Source: Eledone cirrhosa (taxonomy: Eukaryota). Taken from it: DNA of 64,000 bases. This document shows positions 50,472 to 63,250 of this stretch, in pieces. The notes beneath the pieces were generated by a model, which made no database searches, was not told the origin of the DNA, and was given only the letters and a program-made list of their open reading frames with translations. The DNA is taken from NCBI GenBank assembly GCA_964016885.1, contig OZ024743.1:295554001-295618000 (forward strand), given 5' to 3'. The position numbers and the translations under genes were made by a program. Within the stretch, counting starts at the first letter, position 1, and every line of letters begins with the position of its first letter.

Positions 50472-53400
50472 ATGACCTCACTCAGAATAGGCAGCATAAA
50501 TGCGCGTGGCTTGGGGTCGTCATGGAAGCAGGGCCACCTGCTCAACGACCTCAGGTCACTAAACATAGATGTAGTGGCCATCAGCGAGACCAGAATCTCC
50601 GAAGCACAGGCTTTCGCACCGATCTTCGGCGGCTACGATGTGTACGCATCTCCCAGCCGTCCGGGATCGAGGGGAGGAGTTGCTGTGCTTTTTCGGAGAG
50701 GTTTGGATCTTGCCATACGGGCCATCTTCCTGGACCCAGAAGGTAAGTTGGTGGTGCTGGACGTGACCAGCGGAGACGGGCAAGCTTTCAGGTTAGTGGC
50801 CGTCTATGCCCCGACAGGAGCAGGGCGGCCTGATTTCTTCCGGCGTCTGGAGACCTTTCTTGGAACGTCCCGCTCTTTAGTGTTAGTGGGCGACTGGAAC
50901 GGGATCTTAGATGCACGCTGGGATTGTGTGGGATTAGTGGATAGGGAAGGAGGGTGCAAGAGTCTCACCAACCTGCTCAGACGTTTTGAACTGTCTGACA
51001 GGTACCGAATGGATTTCCCGAATGTACCAATGTGGACTTGGACAAATCGCATAGGGTCATCCAGATCATATCTAGATAGAGTATTTTGTAGGGAAATAGA
51101 TAGGTCTAGCATAGGCTGTCCACAATTCAAGATAGTCAGCTACACGGACCACAAATTCGTGATCTGTGTGCTTGACTTAGATAGGCTTCATAGACGAGGA
51201 CCCGGCTACTGGAAGTTAAACGCGTCTTTACCAGCGCGCAAGGCCTACAGATACCGGATTAGCGAACTAGTTAAGCGGGCGTTGACGAGGGCCATCGTCA
51301 ACAACAAGTGGTGGTTTGCTCTGAAAAGAGCAATTAGAATAGAGTCCATTAGGTTTAGTAAGACTTTAGCAATAGAGAAAAATAGAGCAGAGGGAGAATT
51401 AGTTAGAAAATTAGATGAGGCGCTTAGCAAAGGCATCGCGACCGACGTGCTTGCGGCGAAATTGGCCCTTGACCAATTCTTCAATGCAAAGCACGAAGGC
51501 TGCGTTGTCAGAGCTAGGGTGCGTGCTCTCAGACACGAGGGGACGAAAGCCGTTCAATGGGCGCGAGTGGCGGAGGCGCGTCGTGGCAACAAAGCCACGA
51601 TCCGGTCTTTGGTGGACCACGACGGGCGCATGCTACTCGATCCCAGGCAAATGTGTGAAGCTTTTCAGCGACACTTCGCTCAACTGTTCGGGGGCAGTGG
51701 CGGGCCGGATCGAGGGATGGACTTTAGTGTCTACCTCGACGGACTGCCGCGGCTTTCGGCCACTGAGGCGGAGTGTTGCGAAAAGCCGATAACAACCGCT
51801 GAAGTACGGGATGCAATGACTAGTTGCACAAGGGGTAAATCGCCTGGTTTGGATTGTCTGCCCTATGAACTTTACGTACAAATGCCAAACTTGTTCGGAG
51901 GCCTCTTGGCGGACGTCTACTGCAACTGGCAACAGAACGGGAGAATTCCCAGCTCTGTGAGCCGAGGAGCGGTGGCGCTGCTGAGAAAGGATCCGAACAA
52001 GGGGGATAACATAGATAATTTTAGGCCCATAACTCTGCTAAACACAGAGTTCAAGATTTTGGCCAAGGTGCTAGCAAAGAGGTTGGCGCTTGTCGTTGGT
52101 GGTCTGGTGGGAGAGGCACAGACATGCGCCATTCCCGACAGATCCATCCACGACAACCTCCACCTCATGCGATACATCGTAGAGAGGGTAGCTAGGGAAC
52201 CTGGCACGGGTGGGTCTTTGATCAATTTAGATCAGTCGAAAGCCTTCGATAGGGTCGACCATCGTTACCTAGCGGCAGTCCTGAGGGCGGCTGGCTTTGG
52301 ACCCGTCTTCAGAGGCTGGATCGCTGCCATGCACAGCGACATCTGCTCTGTAGTGAGAGTGAACGGTCACCTTTCGGAACCGTTCAACATCATGCGCTCG
52401 GTCCGCCAAGGATGTCCCCTCTCGTCCCTATTGTACGTATTGACTCTCGAGCCATTACTGCACAAACTGGAGACGTTGAGGGGGTCCCGCGCGAACTAGG
52501 ATGCGGAAGATCCGTGTCAGCATATGCCGACGATGTCACCGTAGTGGTGTCAAACGCCAAACACATCGAGGCGATCGGCACTACACTAAGAGAATACGAA
52601 GCGGTGACAGGAGCAATGATCAACCAGGAAAAGTCAGTGGGCCTGCAGCTCGGCACCTGGAGAGGCAGGTCCATGCCGTCCAACAGCGTCGTCGGGCGCT
52701 GGACGGACGGACCGGTTAAATTGCTAGGGGTCTGGTTCGGTCCAGACCTCCAGACGGACAAAAACTGGGACGAGGTGACGAGCAGGGTGGTTTCTCTCAC
52801 CCAGAAATGGGCCGAGAGGAAGCTATCCCTGAAAGGTCGAGCGGAGGTGGCGAATGCGTACATCGCATCCGTCATCTACTACCGCCTGACCGTCGTACCT
52901 TGTCCTAAGCCCCGCCTGACTGCGCTGGAGCGTTTGCTCTTTCGCTTCTTGTGGAAGGGACGCGCTCCGATGGTCAGGTGGTCCATCTGCTGTCAACACC
53001 CGCTACGTGGAGGGCTGGGCATGCCGTGGCTGATGATGCGCAGGCACGCGCTCAGGCTACGACATCTCCACCTCTTCCTCGACGGTGATCAGGTGTGGTC
53101 GCCGTTTGCAAGACACGTTTTTCCCCAGCTCGTCTCCTTGACGGAGCTGCAGTCCTGGGTCAAGCGAAGACTGAGAGGGAGCGCTTAGAGACTGGAATGT
53201 CTTCAGGCGCTCACAGCCCTCGACCAATCGGGCAATGTGATCGGAGGAAACTCCACCTTGGCGTTCTATAGAGGATTAGTGGAGGGGAAGAGCGACGACG
53301 TACTTGGAGAAACTCTAGGCGTCGACGAAAATCAACTAGCCAATCTCTTCGGAAGGACTTTCGGGCCGGGGCCTATGGACAACTTCCAGAAATCCCTGGC

Positions 53401-53880
53401 CTGGCAGTGCTACCGAGGAGCTTTGCCAGTTCGGGATAAACTCTACAGGCATGGAGGTGCCGTCAGCCGGGCATGTCCGAGATGCGCGCAGGGCGACGAA
53501 ACCGTCCTGCACGCACTCGTCCAGTGTCCGAGCATTGCTGACTTGTGGGTTTATGTCGAACACCTGCTGTCACGTGTAGGACGGATCCAGCTATCAGCTG
53601 AGTCCATCGTGAGGATTGCCCCTTTAGCCTGGAAGGGCAGGCAGTTTTTATCTGTCTGGTGGCCATGGCGAAAGAGATAGTATGGTGGACACGTTTGAAA
53701 GGGCTGAAGACGAGCACTTACCTCTTCGGTGATGCCCTGATTAACTTTTTCAAATTTCATTTGAAAAGGAAAATCAGGGTAGAGAGGGAAGTGCTCTCTT
53801 CCCAGCATTTTGTTGAAAGGTGGGTGCGAGAAGCAAGTATGGCCCGAATGAATGGGCCTTCTCTGAGTATGTGTCTGTAA
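50472..53880 (+). pseudogene. Tx1-C2 ORF2 (APE-RT-zinc finger) with three lesions
   Basis: 675-aa open APE+RT, a frameshift near 52485, TAG at 53186, and a 10-bp deletion near 53621 relative to C1. Confidence 0.94.
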
Positions 53881-54123
53881 ATTAAAGGTGGAAAACTGGG
53901 AGAGGGCACTTGCCCTGGTGGTCAGGGCCACTGTGGTCTTTTAATGGGCTTTCTCCACAAATGTCCCTTGGAAGTCTCCCCCCTATTGGGGAATTTTTCT
54001 TTGTTATTTTATTTCAACCTCTGTTTTTTTTACATGCAGAAATGCCCATTTGTACCGTCCTGTATTGTCCTGTACTGTCCTTAATGTCTACTTTATGTGA
54101 ACCCTTGTGGTTAATAAAGAAAA

Positions 54124-54124
<1 letters not shown>

Positions 54125-54154
<30 letters not shown>

Positions 54155-54160
54155 TTTATT
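54125..54160 (+). repeat. (TTA)n between the 3' ends of Tx1-C2 and Dong-B (tail-to-tail)
   Basis: Direct observation. Confidence 0.95.
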
Positions 54161-56742
54161 ACAGTTGCATTTATCTTGCTTTATGTTCATACGAGTTATC
54201 ACCAAGTCACAACCAGTGACCTCAAGAGACAACAAGGTCCGCCATGTTCAAGAAAGAACATACATACTCACACATGCATCTTTAGTGTTTAAACTTGTGA
54301 TGTACTTATATTGACAGAATCTTCCTTAGTATATGGGCAGTTCCCATTAGTACTATCTTTTGTATTTCTCCTATACGCGGGTTTCCTGGTATTTGCGATA
54401 GGTAATCATTAGACGCCTTAGGTATCATTCCCAGAGCGCCTACAACCACTGGTATTGTTTTAGTTCTCAATTTCCACATTTTTCCAATTTCTATCTCCAG
54501 GTCCTTATACTTGCTCAATTTTTCAAATGTTTTTATAGATACATTCTTGTCTATTGGAACAGACATTTCAATTATGAGACATACCCTCTTTTTGAAGTCC
54601 TTCAATATTATATCAGGTCTATTTGCATCTATTTTTCGGTCTGTTTGGATGCGAAAGTTCCACAAGATTGAGATGTGATCTTTTTCAAGTATGGGAGGTG
54701 GTTGGTGCTCCCACCAATTCTTTTGATGGGGCAGGTCAAAATGCTTACACATTATCCAATGTATGTATTGTGCAGCTCTGTCATGCCTGTTTAGGTATTC
54801 GGTTGGAGCTATAGGACTGCACATTGAAATTATATGGTCAATGGTCTCTGGTTATTTTTTGCATGCACGGCATAATGGGGTGCATCCATTTTTTATTATG
54901 TTGGCTTGGTAATTTTTTGTTGGCAGACACTGATCTTGTGCTGATATAATCAGTCCTTCAGTCTCCGATTTCAGTCCAGAGGATGCCAACCACTGATGGG
55001 TTAAAGTGTTGTCAACATCAGGATTGTTAGCTCGCTCTGGGTTTTTTCCATACAGAGGCTTTCCTTGCCATTTCTTAGCCAGTTTCTGTAGCAGTTCTTT
55101 CTTTGCAGTTACTCTTACCTGCTTTGCTTTTTCTGTGTTTTCCATTTCAGCAGTAAATGGGACTTCTGAAATGTGTAGTCCATTACTGTATCTTTGTGCA
55201 TCTTTTGTAATGGAATATGATCTTTTGATGCTTTCGTGTTTCAAAACGAGTTTGATCATCCAATCATGTGATTCCCTTAGATATGTAGATAATCCAATTG
55301 TTGCAGTTTTCAACGCAATGTCTAACTGGATTAACCAACGTACTCCTTCTTTCCTAGGGAGATATATTCTATCTATATCTGCCTTAGGGTGATGCATTCT
55401 GTGCATGGTTAAGAGTTTTCGAATTTTTGTATCGAGCCTACGGATCTCTGTGCTTGACCAGTTGATGACATTGTAACTGTAGGTTACTACTGGTATGGCA
55501 AGCGTGTTTATGGCATCGATCCGATTCCTTGCATTCAATTCCGTTCTTAAGATTGCTCTTACTCTGCGTCTGCGGTAACATGCCTTCCTTATCCTTTCCC
55601 TCATTGTCGAGTGCTTGATTCCGTCTCCTTCACAAACACCTAGATATTTGTAAGTTTTTTCTTGATCAAGTTCCTTATCACGTTCCCCCGATCAAGATTA
55701 ATGTCTGAACTCTTCAGCAGCTTTCATCTGGTGAACGTTGCTTTGGCGCATTTGTGTAGTCCAAACTCCATTTTAATGTCATCACTGAACTGCTCCACAG
55801 TGGATAATAGCCCTTGCAATTGTTCATCATTTTTTGCAAATAGTTTCAGGTCATCCATGTAGAACAAGTGATTAATGGTTTTGTCATAGACTTTATATCC
55901 ATGTTTTGTTTCATTGAGCATTTTACTTAATGGTATAAGTGCGATGCAGAATAAAAGCGGTGATAAAGAGTCACCCTGAAAAATTCCACAATTAATATTA
56001 ACTTCTCCAGCTTCCAGTGATTTTGTTTCACTATTCAAAAGGAGTGTCGTATTCCATGTCTTCATACTGAATGACAAAAACCTCCTGACAACGGGGGATA
56101 TTTTGAAAATCTCTAAACATTTTTCAATCCAACTGTGTGGCAAACTATCGAATGCTTTTTTATAATCTATCCAAGCAATCGATAGATTTTTGTGTCTATT
56201 ATGACGATCTTCCAGTATCATTTTGTTAACCAGAAGCTGATCCTTACAGCCATATGAGCCTCGTTTACACCCTTTCTGCTCAATGGGAAATAGGTCATTT
56301 GTTATCAGGTGGTCATATGTGTATTCAGTTAGGACTGATGTTAAAATTCTATACATTGTGGTCAAGCAAGTTATCGGTCTATAATTTTTGGGATTGTTTG
56401 TCTCATCATTCTTCGGAAGCAGAAATGTAATGCCGTTAACTAGCCATGATGGTATCTTTTCTGGCTCCTTAACTATTTCATTGTAAAGTTGGGCTAACAG
56501 CTCATGAGACTCTGTGGAGGCATTTATCCAAAAGATTTGTATTTTGTCTTTTCCTGGGGATTTCCATTTGCTGGTTTTTCTTAGAGCCAAGCGCAACTGT
56601 TCAACTATTATATTTTCCCATATTTGTTCCTCAAAGTGAGCTGTATCTTTCATTTGTCTGTCTATCCATGGGGCATGTATGTTATGAACTTTTTCTTCGG
56701 CCCAGATCTTTTCCCAGAATTCTTGCACTTCCTCCTTGGGTG
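54161..56742 (-). mobile_element. R4/Dong-clade copy B (second family), 5'-truncated
   Basis: [48 protein letters not shown] and RPDIILKD..IEMSVP in ORFs 55724-56728, 54852-55604 and 54306-54824. Confidence 0.93.
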
Positions 56743-59700
56743 GTTAACTGGAAAGTTTGTTGAAATGAATATCAAGCCACTACCTGCAGCCTCAGATATG
56801 CAGGACGTATCGGAGGGTTCTTGCTGTTCCCAGCAAGCATGCCTTTTGAAGCGTTCCAAAAAGCGTGGCGGGGCCAATTTTCTTTAACCATCCCTGTAAA
56901 CTTTTTGAGATAGTACCTAGTGCGCCTATGACAATCGGGACCACTTTGACTTCATGGTAGTTCCAAATCCTTTTTACCTCCCACTTTAAGTCCTGGTATC
57001 GATTAATTTTCTCCCTCTCCTTCTCTTGCACTCTCGTGTCGAATGGGCAAGCCACATCCACAATCAGGCACGATCTTTTTTCCTTGTCCAAAACCACCAG
57101 GTCAGGTCTATTGTGTTCCAGTTTCTTGTCCGTCTGTATCCTAAAATCCAACAGCACCTTCACCTGATCGTTTTTTATCACCGACTCTGGCTTATGCTCA
57201 TACCACTTCTCAGAATGTGGTAAATTGTTTACTTTGCATAGGTGCCAGTGGATCACCCTGCCCATCACATCATGTCTCCAGCCCTTAGAGTGAGTCTGGG
57301 CTAGGTGTTTACACTCGGATACAATGTGAGCCACAGTCTCCCCTCTATCACCACAGATCCTGCACAGTGGGCTAGCCTCCTCTTTGTAAATATGGTGTTT
57401 CAGCCACTTCGTTTTGAGGGCCTGCTCTTGCGCAGCCATTAGCATTCCTTCTGTAGCCTTTTTAAGGTCTCCTCTTTTCAACCAGTTCCATGTCTGTGGA
57501 TCTCTGAATTCAGTTTTCTCAAAGAGGGTAATATGAAGGGATTTTTCATGAAGGCTGCTCTTTCTCCTTGTTGTTATTTCATCCTTGGACATCTCCTGGT
57601 CTATTGTCCTCTCCTTTAGTACAATTCTGAGCATTGGCTCCTTACTATCAGACACGTATTTGTGTAGGTTGTTTTTCTCCATCTGAACACAGTCCTCTAT
57701 GCTGATAAGACCTCTTCCACCTTCAGATCTCCTTAAGTAGAGTCTATCGACATCACTCCTCTTGTGGAACATGTTGTAGATAGTCAATAGCTTCCTAGTC
57801 TTCCTATCCATTTCTTTTTGTTCAGCAACATTCTATCTCACAATTCTCACACTGTACCTAATAATAGACACAGCTCGTGAATGTACTGTACTTATGGCAT
57901 TCCTACTGTTCAGATGTGACTTTAATACGCTCCTTACTCTCCGAAAGTATTCAGATATTATCAATTCCTTCATTTTTTTGTTCTTGATGTCATCAGCCTC
58001 CAGAACACCCAGATACTTGTATCCTTCTTCAGTGTCAATTTCCATTATCATCTCACCTGTTGGTACCTGTATTCCGTTGCTTCTGCTCAATTTACCCCTC
58101 TTCATCACAAGGACTCCACACTTGCATACATATATCATTGCTGAAAATACGGACAGTGTCAACAAGCACATCCTACTCCTTCTCACTCTTCCCGAAGAGC
58201 TTAAGATCGTCCATGAAGAGGAGGTGACTGATGGTAAGCTCTCCCTTTCCCGACTTGTATCCTGCTCTCACTTTTCACAGTATAATGGCCAGGAGCATCA
58301 GGGCAAGGACAAACAACAGAGGGGACAGACTATCTCCCTGGAAGATACCTCTCTTGATCGTCACACCTCCCAAGGATACTCCAGTTGATGTTAACTCTGT
58401 TTTCCAGGACTTCATACTTTTGCCCAACAACTGTCTGATGTTATCTGCCACCTTGACGATCTCCAGGCTTTTGGTGATCCAAGAATGAGGCACCATGTCA
58501 AATGCTTTTTTGTAGTCTATCGATTCCATGGCAAGACCAGTGTGTCTCCTCTTGCAATTCCTCATTACCATCTTATCAATAAGTAACTGGTCCTTTGTAC
58601 CACGGGACTTCTTTCGGCATCCTTCCTGTTCGTCCGGTAACAAGTTGTTTGTGTGGAGGTGATGGTATTTCCTCAGACATAATGCTTGTCAACAGTTTCC
58701 ACATTACGGATAGACATGTGATAGGTCTATTGTTGGTAACATCATTACCCTTGATTCGGTCTTTCATTATCAGAACTGTGGTACCTTTTGTCAACCACTC
58801 TCGTACCTCACCTGACATCAAGCAGTCATTGAACATGGTTGTCAGTTTCGGATGGAGGGATGTTATATTTTTAATCCAATAACCCTGCACACCATCTGGG
58901 ACTGGTGATTTCCTGTTGGTTAGTTTTTTTACCTGCTCCTTAAGAGTTTCAACTGTGATACTCAAATCAGTTTGTTGGTGTGCCTGTTCAATAATCTCCT
59001 TCTGTACTGTTTCAATCGACACTGCCTGGTCATTATGTTTAACATCCTGCTCCCATATTCCTCTCCAGAATGTTTTAGTTTGTTCCTCCTCAGGGATCAA
59101 GTCGTTGCCTCTTACTTTCCCTTCAAGATGTCCAAACAACATCTTCTGGTTGTTGTCGAACATGCAGTTCTGTCTATACTGGCTGGCTCTGTTCTCGTAT
59201 CGCCTGATTGTTGCAATCTTTGCTACAATGCGTTGCTTCAGTTCCTCTATGATAATATTTAGCTTTTTCCTCATAGTTTTGTACTTTATTTCCAGTCTAT
59301 TTTTAGTGTCTATATTTTTTAGTGTCCCATTCAGTAGGGACTCAAGCTTTCCAATGTCATTTCTCATTTCCCTGATTTGACCACTCAGTCGTTTCTTCCA
59401 CCAAGGCTCTGCTCTTTCTTGTCTGTTGTTTCCTCTCGCTTTTATACCAAGTAGTTTCCTCACCGTATTTGCTGTTGCTTTGAGGATATTGTTGCACTGG
59501 TGAAGGCTCCTCGCCTCAAGGTATGGGATGACTTTGTTTACCTTAGCTGTTGTTTCTTTTAACTTTTTTCTGTATACAAATCTTAGGTTCATAGGTTTCC
59601 CACTATCATTGTTCAATCCATCTACCACTAAGTTTAGGATATCAACCAAATCTTGTCCTAGCCCATCAGCATTCATCTCCTCAGTGGCCGTATCTCTGTT

Positions 59701-61602
59701 CCAGGTATTATTTATCTCTGCTTCGAGTGGTTCCTCCGTTCTCTCGACATCTTCACCTTCATTTCCCACTGGCTCGTTTGCCTGGCGTACTCCACTCTCC
59801 ATCACCAAGCTAATCTCTCTGCTCAGTTCCTCCAGTTCCAGCTCGCTTATCCACCCATTAGTTGTTATTACCCGAGCCTGCCCGGCCAATTTTTGTTCAT
59901 CTAATTTAAATAGACCAATCTCGTTCCAGATGTTATGCATCCGTTTCCTATAGCCTTTCTCCTTGGGGTTACTCTTCAGGTAACATTGCATAACAGTTCT
60001 ATTCAATTCTTTCGTCCAGTTGGTTCTGGTCTCTTTCCTTCTTCTTCCTCCGACACCAGCAGTATTTGGTTGACAGCCAGGTCACTGCTGCTGAGCCACG
60101 GAGCACCTGTTGGGTGAGAGTATGTCACATGACATTCTAGTCTCCATTTCACCGTTATTCGAACTGTTTAGGTTCGACATTTAAACACTCTTATCGAGGA
60201 TTGGAGAATGTATGGTTACATAACCACCGGTGAAGTCGTCGTCTCCGGTGGTTCCGTCACTCCACGTGATTTTTGTGTGGCATTATCACGCTGTAGACGA
60301 ACATAAATAAACAAACAAACAAACAGGCAAAAAAAAACCCAAAAATGAATAAGCATATGTTTCATTGTAATGTAGTGTTTGAATGTCTGACTTAGTTTAT
60401 CCCTTCCCTTCTCTGTCCGTCTGTTTGTTTTTCTCTTCATTCTTATTTTCTTTACGTTTTTCGTTGTTGCTGTGCTGCTTTGATTTTGATTTTTGTTTTT
60501 TTGATTTTGACCGGGTAATCAATTCAGTCTATTTATATATTTTGACGCCTTCCTCTTTTAGTGGGGGTTCTACGATGTAGCAGGGGGTAGCGGGAGAGAA
60601 TAGCAGCGGTAGTGATAATGAGGCAGTGGTGGTGGCGGTGGTGGCGGTGCTGTACTAGCAGCAACTAGCAGGAGGTAGTGGGAGAGAATAGCGGCGGTAG
60701 CGATAAATCATTATTAGGCAGTGGTGGTGGTGATGTGGTCGTATTACTAAAGTGATGGTGTTGAAGTTGGAGTAGAAATAGCGGTTGAGTCGACTTAACC
60801 AGAGTTTTCATCGTGGTAGTGGTGGTGGTGTTGGTGGTGAAATTATCTTTAGTTATTTAGTCATTTTGTCATTTTCCTCCTTTTCGACTCTAACATTCCT
60901 GATCCAAAATTAAATATTAATATTGATTATTAATATTGTCTACTGATACCGCCATCTTCCCCTTTCGTAAGTTAACAGAAGGTAATGGGAGGATAGTGGT
61001 GGTAGCAATGAAGGAGTGGTGGCGGCGGTGATGGGATAGTGGTAGTAATGATGGATGGGCGGCGGTGGCGGCGACTGTAGTGATGGCGTTGTCGTTACTG
61101 AGTTTTGTTGAATGAACTGTATTTTTGTTTGATCGGTGAATCTATGGGGTTAGTCGCGTATATGTGTTGACATATTTTCCTTAATATTAGAATTAAACAT
61201 TTTGTTAAAACTTGAGACAATAATAATAGTAATTACTATTATTATGCTGAGATTGGTGGTGGTGGTGGTGAAATTGCCGTTATCTGGCTGATGTGTTTAG
61301 TGTACACAGAGGAGTGATGGGGTAGGTGGTGTATCTAGTTTCTGGTGTTGGTGAAATTGCTGTTATGTGGCTGTTCTATATAGTGTAGACAGAGGGGTTT
61401 TCTTCCATTTATAACCATTTTCTTTTTTGAATATAAAATGTATAATACAAAATTGAATATTTGTGCGATATAACAATATATTATGGATCCGAATTTTTTC
61501 GGGAATCAAGCCGGATGTTTTATGTATCATTTGTACTAAGAATTGTTATTTCACAATTGATTTAAATATGTTACCTTCTATCCACCATGTGCGTCTTCTT
61601 CC

Positions 61603-61603
<1 letters not shown>
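56743..61603 (-). mobile_element. R4/Dong-clade copy A2, near full length (last ~25 nt missing)
   Basis: Reverse-complement homolog of 34104-39027, with the same 5' end next to the microsatellite. Confidence 0.93.
56792..60147 (-). pseudogene. Dong-A2 polyprotein, frameshifted
   Basis: ORFs 58576-60006, 58275-58643, 57833-58186 and 56792-57811 align with the A1 protein. Confidence 0.92.

Positions 61604-61663
<60 letters not shown>
61604..61663 (+). repeat. (TTA)n at the 5' end of Dong-A2
   Basis: Direct observation. Confidence 0.95.
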
Positions 61664-62228
61664 TTTAAGGCTAAATAGAGAGTTTGTTATTCTGAGGTTG
61701 TACAGTTTCGCCTGTTTATCACAGGGTCAACAGACAAGAACTGACGTTTCAATAACTGACAAAATATGAATAAGGAAGACTTGAAGTAGAGAAGGGACAA
61801 GTAAGACAGGATGGACAGGGTAGTGGTGGCAATGGGTTTGGGAATATAAGTTTGTAATGAAGCTATACTAAACCTATATTCGAAAACAATATCAAATTGC
61901 CAGTCGCATTGTATCTCTCCATTTTTTCTTCTCAGACAACCGCACGCATACACACAGGACTCTCACCCCCTCTCCCTCTCTCTCTCTCTATATATATATA
62001 TACATACATGTGTGTGTGTCTGTGTGCGTGTGTGTGTGTGTGTGTGTCTATGTGTGTGTGTGTGTGTGTATGCATGTTTGCGTATTTCATTTCTATATTA
62101 AACTTGATGATTATACTCTAAGAATGTTCCCTACTAACTGTGGTTACCCACCATTGAATCCGGGAGTCACACGCACAGAAACATACACACACAGACACAC
62201 ACATACACACAGATACACAGGCATACAT

Positions 62229-62279
<51 letters not shown>

Positions 62280-62284
<5 letters not shown>

Positions 62285-62458
62285 GTTTCTACTTTTGGCA
62301 CAAAGCCAGCAATTATCCCAGTGTATTACTGGTACTTTATTTGATCGACCCCGTAAGGATGAAAGGCAAAGTTAACCTCGGCAGGATTTGAACTCAGAAT
62401 GGCTAGGGTCGTAACTCTATGCGTCCGACCCTCTACCGATACTGCCAATCCACAGCCC
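62280..62458 (-). mobile_element. ATT-tailed tRNA-like SINE
   Basis: Matches 13711-13895 with a short internal deletion. Sits between (TA)n runs. Confidence 0.88.
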
Positions 62459-63099
62459 TATATATATATATAATGAATTTTAAAAGAAGTAGTTAGAGAA
62501 TAAAAATAAAATATAAATTTAGAAATTTGGAGATTTATTTGGAAGCATTCCATCTTTCTACAGCAGTTAATGTCGGAGTGCATCAATAATTTGATATCCA
62601 CCCACTGACCAATGTTAAACTTATTTATACATTTTATCTGCTACAGACGTAGTTAGAAATTCTTTGCTATAGCAGCGAAATAGAAGATATTTTATTTCTT
62701 CCGTATATTTAATTAAATTCATAAAGGAGTTGTATATAATTATAGGTTAGACATGTATAATGTATTGATCTGCTGTACTAGCACAAAATTATTTATATTA
62801 AGACTACGAGTACTTGAAAATGAAGAAGGGCTGATTTTTTGTCATATTTTTCCGTCTTGACAAGGAGCTATAGAGGATGTAAATTGAAAGAGCTCTTCGA
62901 TGCAGTATTGATTCCGATTCACTGCGCTTTGATTTCAAATCTCATTGAGATCAACTTTAGTTTTCATCCGCTCGAGGTGGCTAAAATTATATATCAGTCC
63001 AGGATGTTGGATAAGCTGAATTGTCAGATATTTGGACTAGATGCTTTTTTTCTATTTTTACACGCTATTTATGTTCTGGGGTCACTCTCACTCTCCCCT

Positions 63100-63140
63100 C
63101 TTTCTTTCTTTCTCTCTTTCTCTCTTTCTCTCTTTCTCTT

Positions 63141-63234
<94 letters not shown>

Positions 63235-63250
63235 CGTGTGCATGCATATG
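63100..63250. repeat. (CT)n(TA)n(TG)n compound microsatellite
   Basis: Direct observation. Confidence 0.95.

Larger units (their letters stand above)
48231..54124 (+). mobile_element. L1/Tx1-clade LINE copy C2, full length, least degraded
   Basis: Order is (ATT)n, ggcgacctac, 5'UTR, ORF1, 39-nt spacer, ORF2, 3'UTR, aataaagaaaac, (ATT)n. Confidence 0.95.
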
